Source: Myxococcota bacterium
GTDB taxonomy: Bacteria > Myxococcota_A > UBA796 > CAJQPC01
Direction: 5' to 3'
Assembly (NCBI GenBank): GCA_036012755.1
Contig: DASCPX010000070.1
Span: 192,001-256,000, forward strand
DNA length: 64,000 nucleotides
Part shown: positions 28,910-37,300 of the stretch, one piece after another
How the letters are laid out: every line of letters begins with the position of its first letter
How positions within the stretch are numbered: position 1 is the first letter of the stretch
Notes under the pieces: model-generated
What the model was told of the DNA's origin: nothing
The model's database searches: none
The model's input: the letters and a program-made list of their open reading frames with translations, nothing else
Translations under genes and position numbers: made by a program

Positions 28910-30808
28910 ATGATCCAGCTCTTGTTGATGTCGGTTCTCGTTCTCTGTCCTGCGCTCGCGCAGGAGCCGCCGGCCCTCGCGCCGTCGCCCCCGCCCGGGA
29001 CCGAAGCCCCCGCCGAAGCCGACGCTCCCGAGGCCGACGCTCCCGAGGCCGACGCTCCCGAGGCCGACGCCCCCGCCGAGGCCGACGCTCCGGTCGAGGC
29101 TGACGCTCCCGCCGACGCCCCCCCCGAGGCCGACGCCCCCGCCGAAGCCGACGCTCCGCCGGTCGCGGAGACCTCTGCGCCTCCCGCCGTCGAGACCTCC
29201 GACGAAGCTGGCGCCGAGCTCGCCGAAGAGGCTGGCCCGACCATGTGGGAGTCCCTGCGCGCGGGTGCATGGTCCCAGCTGTGGGAGGCCGTCAAGCCGC
29301 TCGCCTTCGGCCTGGGCTACTTCCTACTGGGTTGGCTGGCGGCGAAGGTGCTGTCCTACCTGGTCTTCAAGGGCCTCACCAAGACCGAGATCGACGACTG
29401 GATCGCCGAGAAGCTCGGCCTGGGACCCCTGTTGGAGGGTGGCGAGCCCAACAAGCTAGAGCGCTGGATCAGCCAGGCGGTCTTCTGGACCCTGGGCCTC
29501 TTCGTCTCCGTGATCGCCCTGGAGAAAGCAGGCTTCTCGCAGGCCGCCGCACCCATCCAGAACTTCCTGGAGTCCGTCACGGGAGCCCTGCCCTATGTCG
29601 GCAAGGCCGCCCTCATCCTGGCGGTGAGCGTCGTCGCCGGAAAGGTGCTCGAGACCATCGTGCGCACCGTCCTCGACAAGGCCGGCGTCGACAAGCGCTT
29701 CGCCGAGCTCTCCCACGCAGAGGACGACGCCCCAGAGGACGCCGAGGACCAGCCGGAGCTCGCCTTCAGCCAGAACGCCGGTCGGACCGTCTTCTGGCTG
29801 GTGATGCTGATCGGTCTGGCCTCCGCCGCCGACGCGCTGAACATCGGTCCCATCGCCGAGTCCATGCGCGGAGCCATCGAGACCGTCGTCGGCTTCTTGC
29901 CGCACCTCGGTGTCTCCATCGTCATCCTCGTCGGTGGATACGTCCTTGGTCGCATCGCCCGCGCGGTGGTGATGAACGTCCTGAAGACCGCCGGCTTCGA
30001 CAAGCTCATCGCCCGGATCCGCATGGACGCGCTCTTCGGTCAGCGCAAGGCCAGCGGCGTGATGGGCCTGCTCGTCAACCTCTTCATCATGCTCCAGGCG
30101 CTCATCGCGGCCCTGAACGAGATCGGCCTGGAGACCCTCGCCGGTCCTTTGACCGACATGATGGGCCGCTTCTGGATCCTGCTCCCCGAGCTCGCGGTCT
30201 CTGCGCTGATGCTGGCGGTCGGCGTGCTGGCCGGACGGGTCCTGCGGGGCGTCGCCACCAACGTCCTGACCACTGCCGGCTTCGACAAGCTCATGGCGGG
30301 CATCGGCTTCGGCAAGCTCTCGGACAAGGAGGAGTTCGAGACCCCCAGCAAGGTCGTCGGTGTCTTCGTCCAGATCGGCATCATCCTGATGGCCACGGCA
30401 CAGGTCCTCGAGAACCTGGCCCTCGACACCTGGGCTGCCTACCTCAACGACCTGATGTCCTACGGCATCAAGAACGTCGCTGTCTCCGCGTTCATCCTCT
30501 GCATCGGCTTCGCGGTCGCCAACGCCGTCCGAGCCTTGATCGCATCCCGCAATGACGCCGATCCCGACATGCAGAAGGGTCTGAGCACCGTCGCCTACTA
30601 CGGCGTGTTGGTGCTGGCCGCGACAGCCGCGGTCCGCCACCTCGACGTCGCAGAGGACTTCGTGCTCATGACGTTCGCGCTGCTCTTCGGCAGCCTCTGC
30701 CTCGCCACAGCCCTGGCCTTCGGCCTCGGCGCGCGCGAGGTGGCCTCGGACATCGTGCGCAAGCAGTACGACCGGGCTCGCGACAGCATGGAGACCCCAG
30801 AGGACTAG
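28910..30808 (+). CDS. Multi-pass membrane protein with repeated conserved TM-helix units (MscS N-terminal / CmpX-like) and acidic Ala/Pro linker
   Basis: SD GGAGG; signal peptide; four repeats of xLPx...GxxxGxxxR...GFDK; ends ALAFGLGARE; no MscS beta domain is evident. Confidence 0.8.
   Translation: MIQLLLMSVLVLCPALAQEPPALAPSPPPGTEAPAEADAPEADAPEADAPEADAPAEADAPVEADAPADAPPEADAPAEADAPPVAETSAPPAVETSDEAGAELAEEAGPTMWESLRAGAWSQLWEAVKPLAFGLGYFLLGWLAAKVLSYLVFKGLTKTEIDDWIAEKLGLGPLLEGGEPNKLERWISQAVFWTLGLFVSVIALEKAGFSQAAAPIQNFLESVTGALPYVGKAALILAVSVVAGKVLETIVRTVLDKAGVDKRFAELSHAEDDAPEDAEDQPELAFSQNAGRTVFWLVMLIGLASAADALNIGPIAESMRGAIETVVGFLPHLGVSIVILVGGYVLGRIARAVVMNVLKTAGFDKLIARIRMDALFGQRKASGVMGLLVNLFIMLQALIAALNEIGLETLAGPLTDMMGRFWILLPELAVSALMLAVGVLAGRVLRGVATNVLTTAGFDKLMAGIGFGKLSDKEEFETPSKVVGVFVQIGIILMATAQVLENLALDTWAAYLNDLMSYGIKNVAVSAFILCIGFAVANAVRALIASRNDADPDMQKGLSTVAYYGVLVLAATAAVRHLDVAEDFVLMTFALLFGSLCLATALAFGLGAREVASDIVRKQYDRARDSMETPED
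29003..29160 (+). repeat. Coding tandem repeat (EADAP / EADAPA; 15-18 nt units)
   Basis: Runs of gaggccgacgctccc and variants. Confidence 0.85.
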
Positions 30809-31008
30809 TGCCCCTCGGCAGAAGTCGCGACGCGTCTTCCACCGTCGCCTTCGGCGCGCGCCGCGGGGCGGCGCTGGGGCACTCGTTTCCCTCCAGGGGG
30901 GCCCTGCCCCCCGGGCCTACGGCCCTCCCCCCGGCGGCCCGCTGCGCGTGCCGTCGTTCACCCCGTCGCAGCCCCGACTGCGTCGGAACTCGCGCCGGGG
31001 AGAACTAG
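30805..31008. mobile_element. MITE-like non-coding element, CTAG-flanked, imperfect terminal inverted repeats
   Basis: CTAG at 30805 and 31005. Left end GACTAGTGCCCCTCGGCAGAAGTCGCGACGC versus right end reverse complement GACTAGTTCTCCCCGGCGCGAGTTCCGACGC (23/31 identical by hand, including flanks). Internal GC hairpins. Confidence 0.6.
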
Positions 31009-31422
31009 TCACTCCCCCTGGATCGTCACGACCACCGTTCGTCTCCTCCGCGGCCCATCGAAGTCGCAGAGGAAGACGTTCTGCCATGTCGACAAATCCA
31101 GCCTCCCACCCCTCACCGGGATGACCTCGCTCGGGCCGACGATGCCCGCCTGGATGTGGGCGTGACCGTTGTCGTCGACGCGGTCGTGACGCCAGCGCCC
31201 TTGTGGGACGAGACCCTGGAGGCAGTCGAGCACGTCCAGCGCGATGTTGGGGTCGTCGTTCTCCTGGATCATCAGCGCTGCGGTGGCCCCGTGGGCGTAG
31301 AGCGCGCAGATCCCCTCCGAGATCCCCGAGGCCCGGACCACGGCGCGCACGAGTTGGGTGATGTCCACGAGCTCTCGCGGGCCAGAGGTGGCAACAGCCA
31401 GGTTGGCGGTGTGTTGACGCAT
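31009..31422 (-). CDS. yjbQ: YjbQ / UPF0047 family protein
   Basis: ELVDIT, HGATAALMIQENDDP, HDRVDDNGHAHI, LSTWQNVFLCDFDGPRRR. Confidence 0.9.
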   Translation of the reverse strand: MRQHTANLAVATSGPRELVDITQLVRAVVRASGISEGICALYAHGATAALMIQENDDPNIALDVLDCLQGLVPQGRWRHDRVDDNGHAHIQAGIVGPSEVIPVRGGRLDLSTWQNVFLCDFDGPRRRRTVVVTIQGE

Positions 31423-31445
31423 GCACTCATCCTCTGGGCTCGCCG

Positions 31446-31982
31446 CTACTGTCCGGCGAGGTCCTGCAGAGCCGTCACGAGGCCCCAGTAGTTCGCGTCC
31501 TCGCCCAGGTTGTTGTCGGTCAGGTTGAAGACCGAGTGGAAGCGGCCCTCCCTGTCGACCAGGACGACGTCTCGGTAGGTCACGTCCCACTGGGTCCACA
31601 CGTCAGCGATGCCGCTGTCGCCGTCGATGTCCTGCAGCCAGGGCAGATCCCTGCCGTCGCAGAAGCCCTCGTTGCCGCTGTCGAAGCCGGCTTCGTTCAC
31701 GCCGATGATCACGACGTCACCTGGCACGTCCTGCTGCATCTCGTCGAGCTTCCCGAACTGGGAGCTGCAGTAGCTTCAGGTCGAGTGACCGAAGTACCAG
31801 GCGCTCACCTGGCCCGCCTGGGTCGCGGGTCCCAGGAACTCGCCGAAGCTGGCCGAGGTCGGGTTGACGTCCTCCAGGCTGAACTCGGGGCTCGCTTCAC
31901 CGGCCAGCGGGTGGGTCTCGCCGACCGCATCCCACTCCAGGTCCTCTGGCGGGGTCGAACAGGCCATCACGAACAAGAACAT
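31446..31982 (-). CDS. Probable selenoprotein: thioredoxin/redoxin-fold lipoprotein with UxxC (Sec at codon 69, TGA 31776-31778)
   Basis: SD GAGGAGG; MFLFVMAC; PEFSLEDVNP...AWYFGHST-TGA-SYCSSQFGKLDEM...VVIIGVN...LPWLQD...VWTQW...DVVLVDREG; SECIS-like hairpin immediately 3' of the UGA. Confidence 0.85.
31734..31770 (-). promoter_or_regulatory. Putative bacterial SECIS hairpin
   Basis: Minus strand after UGA: AGCUCCC-AGUUC-GGGAAGCU stem-loop, loop starting after a 16-nt spacer with G at loop position 2; possible lower pairing CUGCA/UGCAG. Confidence 0.6.
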
Positions 31983-32063
31983 GGCGCCTCCTCGACACCT
32001 CCTATCATCCGGGACTCGGGGTCCGAGACGCGCTACCTGGGCTCCCAGCCCCGGAGGAGCCCC

Positions 32064-32945
32064 ATGCTGCTGGTCCTGCTCGCCTGTTCCAGCGAGCCCC
32101 CGGGCGTCGAGGTCCCCCCCATCACCGACGGCGAGGCCTCGGAGGCGGCGGCAGCCGTGATCTGCGAGGCTGCCGCAGAGGCCCGGATGGACTGCGTTGC
32201 GGCCGGCAGCGTCGCCACCCTGGGCGAGGTGAAGCTCGAGACCGTCGCCTCGGTAGAGGGCTTCGTCACCTTGGAGCCCAGGACCATCGGCATGGGCGCA
32301 AGCGCTCAGCAGATCCCTGGCGAGGTGCAGCTCGTGCTGGCCATCGCGCTGGCCGTGGACGGGGCCCCGCTGATGACCGTCGATGTCTCCGTGGCGGCCC
32401 AGGACGTTGACCTGGACAAGGCCCGGTCCGCGGTGTTGGACCAGGCGGTGGAGCGTTGGATGGTGGGCTACGGCCTCGCGGTCCTCGACGCCGTCGCCGA
32501 GGATCCGACCGCTCCGGCACTTGCGAGCGTGGGCATGCAGGTGCCAGCCCAGAGTTCTGGCGCCATGCGAGCCTGGGCGGCCTACCCGATGCTGCGGGGT
32601 CAGAACCTCGATCCGAGCACCGCCAGCGGCCTCGGCGCAGGGGTGCAGTCGATGCTCGGGGCCCTGTCTCCCTACCTCGACACTATCGACCTGGAGGGGC
32701 TCCACAGCGTGCGCGTCAACGCCAGCCTCGGCGGCTCCGGTCCTCCCGGTCCCTGTGGTCTCGTGCCTCCTGTGGCCCTCGCCTCCGGCGCAACCGCGTC
32801 GATCGTGCCGTTGTCCGGCGTCGTCGAGGTCGACGGAGAGGCCACCGGCACCATCTGCGAGATGTCCGAGGCCGTCGCCTGGCCCCTGCCTCCCGCTGGC
32901 GTCGTGCTGGAGTGGGAGCAGTTCATGGTGCTCCGGGCGGAGTAG
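32064..32945 (+). CDS. Hypothetical lipoprotein
   Basis: SD GGAGGAG; MLLVLLAC; long ORF with typical GC3-rich codon usage. Confidence 0.75.
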   Translation: MLLVLLACSSEPPGVEVPPITDGEASEAAAAVICEAAAEARMDCVAAGSVATLGEVKLETVASVEGFVTLEPRTIGMGASAQQIPGEVQLVLAIALAVDGAPLMTVDVSVAAQDVDLDKARSAVLDQAVERWMVGYGLAVLDAVAEDPTAPALASVGMQVPAQSSGAMRAWAAYPMLRGQNLDPSTASGLGAGVQSMLGALSPYLDTIDLEGLHSVRVNASLGGSGPPGPCGLVPPVALASGATASIVPLSGVVEVDGEATGTICEMSEAVAWPLPPAGVVLEWEQFMVLRAE

Positions 32946-32949
32946 CCGT

Positions 32950-35004
32950 TCAGGGGTTCGTGACCGTGGGATCCCCGTAGTAGCTGCCGCTGTCGTTGTC
33001 GTACGCGAAGAACCCGATGGTCCCAGCCCCCACCGGACTCGAAGAGGCCGTGTGCGTCAGCACGTCGGTCCCGTCCCAGGACACGGTGATGTCCGCGCCG
33101 TCCACGCTGACGGCCATCACCACGACCTGTGAGTAGCTGATCGTGAAGTCGATAGTGTCGTCAGAGGCCACCACGCTGCACGAACCCGAGGCGCACTGGT
33201 AGAGCTCGACGCGCCCGGTGGGGCTGAAGCGCGAGTAGTACCCGGTCGGGTCGTTCACCCGGGCGATCCAGTAGTTGCTGGAGTCCTGGTAGTCGAAGAC
33301 CAGGCCGAGGTAGTCGGTGGCGGCGCCGCCCATGTAGGCGTTCGCGGTGAAGGTCCAGGTCTCCAGCTCGCCGAGATCCGGACCGAGCAGGAGGGTGGAG
33401 GCGGCGTTGCTCGCCTCGTACACATACGAACCGCTGATGCCCCAGTTCGGCGTGTTGCTCCCGCCCAGGTCGATGATGCTCCAGTCTGCGAGCGACCCCG
33501 TGCTGAAGTCATAATCCCACACAGAGCTGTCGATGCAGTTGTATGTGCCGTCACCGTCGGAGTCCACGCCGTCGGGATCGGTCGTCCCGTCACAGTCGTT
33601 GTCGACCCCGTCACAGACGTCCTCTGCGTCTGGGTTGATGTCTGCGTCCGTGTCGTCACAGTCGTCGTCGTCGTCGACGTAGCCGCTGGGCTGGTCGCAG
33701 GACTCGGTCGTGGAGGTGGCGTCCCCATAGCTGTCGGAGTCGCTGTCCGCGTACCAGGTGTCCGCGTCGAGGGCGTCGTCCTCGTCGGTGTCGCCGTCGC
33801 AGTCGTCGTCCTCGCTGTTGCAGTATTCGTCGGCCCCGGGGTGGACGTCGTCGTCCTCGTCGTCACAGTCTGTGTCGTCAGAGACATAGCCGGAGGGTTG
33901 GCTGCAGTCCGTGATGGATGAGGTCGCGTCGCCGTAGCTGTCCTCGTCGCCGTCTTCGTACCAGGTGTCCGCGTCCGTGGCGTCCTCGTCGGTGTCGCCG
34001 TCGCAGTCGTCGTCGATGGAGTTGCAGACCTCGCTCTCTGTGGGGTTCACATCGGCGCTGGTGTCGTCGCAGTCCGTGTCGTCCTCGACGAAGCCGGAGG
34101 GCTGCGTGCAGGCGACCCTGGAGGTCGTGGCGTCGCCATAGCTGTCGGTGTCGCTGTCGGCGTACCAGGTGGTCGCGTCGATGGCCGAGCTCTCGTCCGT
34201 GTCGCCGTCGCAGTCGTCGTCGATGGAGTTGCAGATCTCGTCCTCTCCGGGGTTCACGTCGCTGTTGGTGTCGTCGCAGTCTGTGTGGTCTTCTGAGAAG
34301 CCGGTGGGGACCGAGCATGCCTCGACCGTGCTCGTGCGATCCCCGTAGCCGTCGGCGTCGACGTCCGCGTAGAAGGTCAGGAGCACGTCCTCGTCGACCT
34401 CGCCATCACAGTCGTTGTCGGCTTCGTCGCAGGCCTCTTCTGCGCCGGGGTTCACGTCGTCACTGGTGTCGTCACAGTCCGTGCCGTCCGGGCTCCAGCC
34501 GTCCGGCGTCTCGCAGGACTCGACTCCGGTCGTCGGGTCGCCGTAGCCGTCCTCGTCGGCGTCGGCGTAGATCCAGAGCAGCACGTCCTCGTCGATGTCC
34601 TCGTCGCAGTCGTTGTCGATCCCGTCGCAGATCTCGAGCGCGCCCGGGTACACGTCCGGGTCGTCGTCGTCGCAGTCGGTGTTGTCGGCGACCTGTCCTC
34701 CCTCGCCCTCGCAGGCCTCTGCTTCGGTGGCGGGTGAGCCATAGGTGTCCCCGTCGGCGTCGTCGTACCAGAGGCCGGTCACGGCCTCGTCGATCTCCTC
34801 GTCGCAGTCGTCGTCCTTGCCGTTGCAGACCTCGTTCGCGTCTGGGTGGACGGTCGCGTCCAGGTCGTCGCAGTCGACGTCCGCGGTGTAGCCGTCGGCG
34901 TCTGCGTCCTGGAGACCGGTCTCGGCGGTCTCCTCGAGTAGTCCGGACTCGATGCGCTCGTAGTCCTTGTTCCGGCAACCGAGCAGTGCGAGCAGGGCGA
35001 TCAT
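32950..35004 (-). CDS. Lipoprotein with DCDD repeats and C-terminal ConA/thrombospondin-C-like lectin-fold domain
   Basis: SD GGAGG; MIALLALLGC-RNKD; many DCDD/CNxxDDDCDG repeats; C-terminal DYLGLVFDYQDSSNYW. Confidence 0.82.
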   Translation of the reverse strand: MIALLALLGCRNKDYERIESGLLEETAETGLQDADADGYTADVDCDDLDATVHPDANEVCNGKDDDCDEEIDEAVTGLWYDDADGDTYGSPATEAEACEGEGGQVADNTDCDDDDPDVYPGALEICDGIDNDCDEDIDEDVLLWIYADADEDGYGDPTTGVESCETPDGWSPDGTDCDDTSDDVNPGAEEACDEADNDCDGEVDEDVLLTFYADVDADGYGDRTSTVEACSVPTGFSEDHTDCDDTNSDVNPGEDEICNSIDDDCDGDTDESSAIDATTWYADSDTDSYGDATTSRVACTQPSGFVEDDTDCDDTSADVNPTESEVCNSIDDDCDGDTDEDATDADTWYEDGDEDSYGDATSSITDCSQPSGYVSDDTDCDDEDDDVHPGADEYCNSEDDDCDGDTDEDDALDADTWYADSDSDSYGDATSTTESCDQPSGYVDDDDDCDDTDADINPDAEDVCDGVDNDCDGTTDPDGVDSDGDGTYNCIDSSVWDYDFSTGSLADWSIIDLGGSNTPNWGISGSYVYEASNAASTLLLGPDLGELETWTFTANAYMGGAATDYLGLVFDYQDSSNYWIARVNDPTGYYSRFSPTGRVELYQCASGSCSVVASDDTIDFTISYSQVVVMAVSVDGADITVSWDGTDVLTHTASSSPVGAGTIGFFAYDNDSGSYYGDPTVTNP

Positions 35005-35113
35005 GGGGACCTCCATCCACTCCGTATTATCAACCAGGCGGAGGTCGCGTGCTCCTGCTCATTGCTCACTCGGGTGGCGGGTCGTGTTTGCTGGGGCGTC
35101 CTTGCTGCGTCGC

Positions 35114-36337
35114 TCAGCCGCCCGCGAGTCCCAGGAGGAGCTCGTTGCCGACGCTGTTGTTCTCGCCGGTCGGGAGCTTGCCGGCGTCGTTCTCTCCGCC
35201 GCTTGCGACCGGATCGTAGGGCCCGTTGACCGACCCGTCGTCGTCGTTGTCGGCGTAGGCCCACAGGTAGACGATGCTGTTCGCCGGAGCCGAGAGCCTG
35301 AAGGGCACGCTGGAGTTGCCTGCCAGCTCGTCCCACTCGAAGGACTGCATGTCGTAGGAATCCGCTTCGATCTGCGACAGCGCGATGTCCTCTGAGGGGC
35401 GGTACTTCAGCGCGGCGACGTGCACGCTCGCGCCCTCGTCGACCAGGTCGTCGAAGATGCCGCCGTCGACGGTCTCGACGGTTCCGGAGACCGTGACGAA
35501 GGGCACGACCGCAAACGGGCTCTCGCCGTCATTCAGTGGAATCTGGATGTCGTGGTCGGGGAGGTCCTCGTCCTCGATGGTGATCGGGTTCCCGTCGACG
35601 TCGACCTCTGTGATGTACGCGCCCCAGCTGTCCGAGGGGTCGAAGAGCCAGTTGTCGCCGTCGAAGCCGCCGCCGCCCCCGAGACCGCCGCCACCCCCGC
35701 TTCCGCTGCCGCCGCCGCCGCCGCCGCTTCCGCCACCCCCGCCACTTCCGCCGCTTCCGCCGCAGCTACCACCGCTGCCCTTGCTTCCGCCGTCGTCGTT
35801 GGGGTCTACGCCTTCGGTGACGATCGAGATGTCGACGTCCTCGTGGCCGGAGACCTCCGGGTGCAGCTCGAGCGCGTCGGGGTAGTTCCCGGTCGGCTCG
35901 TCGGGGCCGATGACCCGGTCGTTGGCTTCGTCCAGGATCGCGAAGACGCGGATCTCGCCGCGGGCCTCTGCGGGCATGCTCAGGCTGTAGGAGTCGCCGG
36001 CGGTGCTCGGGTACTTGATGACCGTCTCGTCGAGGTACACGAGGTCGCCGTCGTCGTCCTCGGTGTAGGCGGAGACCCAGATCCCGCCGAAGGGGAAGTC
36101 TCCGTCGAAGGAGTCCTCGAAGCTCGTCTCCTCTCGCTCGCCGTCCGCCTCGATCCAGAGCTCGACGGTGACCGTGCCGTGGATGCTGGTGGACCAGGCG
36201 CCAGGATCCTCGCATGCATCGGGGGCCGCGGTGCTGTCGGTACCCCCATCGCTGTCGTCGCCGGGCAGACCGCTGTCGGTGGTCGGGTCGTCGGGGCCGT
36301 GTCCGCAACCAATGATGGCGAGAAGGATGGTGACCAT
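35114..36337 (-). CDS. Hypothetical lipoprotein with central Gly/Ser-rich linker
   Basis: SD GGGAG; MVTILLAIIGC; poly-G/S stretch at about 35660-35790. Confidence 0.7.
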   Translation of the reverse strand: MVTILLAIIGCGHGPDDPTTDSGLPGDDSDGGTDSTAAPDACEDPGAWSTSIHGTVTVELWIEADGEREETSFEDSFDGDFPFGGIWVSAYTEDDDGDLVYLDETVIKYPSTAGDSYSLSMPAEARGEIRVFAILDEANDRVIGPDEPTGNYPDALELHPEVSGHEDVDISIVTEGVDPNDDGGSKGSGGSCGGSGGSGGGGGSGGGGGGSGSGGGGGLGGGGGFDGDNWLFDPSDSWGAYITEVDVDGNPITIEDEDLPDHDIQIPLNDGESPFAVVPFVTVSGTVETVDGGIFDDLVDEGASVHVAALKYRPSEDIALSQIEADSYDMQSFEWDELAGNSSVPFRLSAPANSIVYLWAYADNDDDGSVNGPYDPVASGGENDAGKLPTGENNSVGNELLLGLAGG

Positions 36338-36444
36338 GGTGTTCTCCCGGCCGTCCAGGAGACCGCTCTTCCACACTTCCGAGGCCCAGAATAATAGGAA
36401 TAATCGGAACTTCCCGGCGTGGCGCAGGGAGTTAGGGCGAGGGG

Positions 36445-37263
36445 ATGCTTCCCCTGTTGTTGGCCTGCTGGCACCACCCCCGTCCTGTCGACCACCTCTA
36501 TCCCGTCGGCGAGGTCGCCATCATCGGCCACCGCGGCGCCCGTGACATGGCCCCGGAGAACACCCTGGCCGCCTTCGAGGTCCCCGCCTCTCGCGGCTTC
36601 GGCTTCGAGCTGGACGTGATGCTCTCGGCCGACGGCGAGCTCGTCGTCATGCACGACGACGACCTCGAGCGGACGACGGACGGTTCGGGCTTCGTCGACG
36701 AGCTCCAGTGGAGCGCGATCGAGGGGCTGGACGCGGGCTCGTCGTTCTCGGCAGACTTCGCTGGCGAGCCCATCCCTCGGCTCGGGGACGCTCTGGCTCA
36801 CTACGGCGAGGACGTGGTCATCGACATCGAGATCAAGTCCCCGCGTGACAAGTCCACCCGGGCCGAGCTCGCTGGCGCGGTGGCGAAGCTCGTCGAACAG
36901 CACGGACTGGAGGATCGAGTGCTCGTCACCAGCTTCGATCCCTATGTGCTGGAGGCCTTGCGCCTCGCCAATCCGGAGATCCGGCGCGGCCAGATCTACG
37001 GGACCTTCGACGGAGCCGATCTGTCACCGGTCTCCAAGCTCATCCTCAAGCGGCTCCTCTTGAACAAGAAGGCCCAGCCCGACGTGCTCGCCGTCGAGGA
37101 CGCTTTCCTGTCTCCCCGCTACGTCCGCAAGATGAACAACAAGGGCTACCGCATCTTCGTGTGGACCGTCGACGACCCCGCGCGCATGGCGGAACTCGCC
37201 GAGTGGGGAGTGGGCGGAGTCATCACGGATCGGCCGGATGTCGCCGAGGACGTCTTGAGGTAG
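36445..37263 (+). CDS. Glycerophosphodiester phosphodiesterase (GDPD), predicted lipoprotein
   Basis: IIGHRGA, PENTLAAF, FELDV, VVMHDDDLERTT, DIEIK, SFD, VWTVDD, ITDRP. Confidence 0.93.
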   Translation: MLPLLLACWHHPRPVDHLYPVGEVAIIGHRGARDMAPENTLAAFEVPASRGFGFELDVMLSADGELVVMHDDDLERTTDGSGFVDELQWSAIEGLDAGSSFSADFAGEPIPRLGDALAHYGEDVVIDIEIKSPRDKSTRAELAGAVAKLVEQHGLEDRVLVTSFDPYVLEALRLANPEIRRGQIYGTFDGADLSPVSKLILKRLLLNKKAQPDVLAVEDAFLSPRYVRKMNNKGYRIFVWTVDDPARMAELAEWGVGGVITDRPDVAEDVLR

Positions 37264-37300
37264 TCCGCCCACCCTCCTCTTCGCGCGATAGGTTGACGGC

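Noticed and set aside
30808..31008. 66-aa ORF or structured ncRNA in the intergenic region
   Set aside because: Low-complexity Arg/Pro/Ala translation and no recognisable RNA family. Matching ends and CTAG flanks fit a MITE better.
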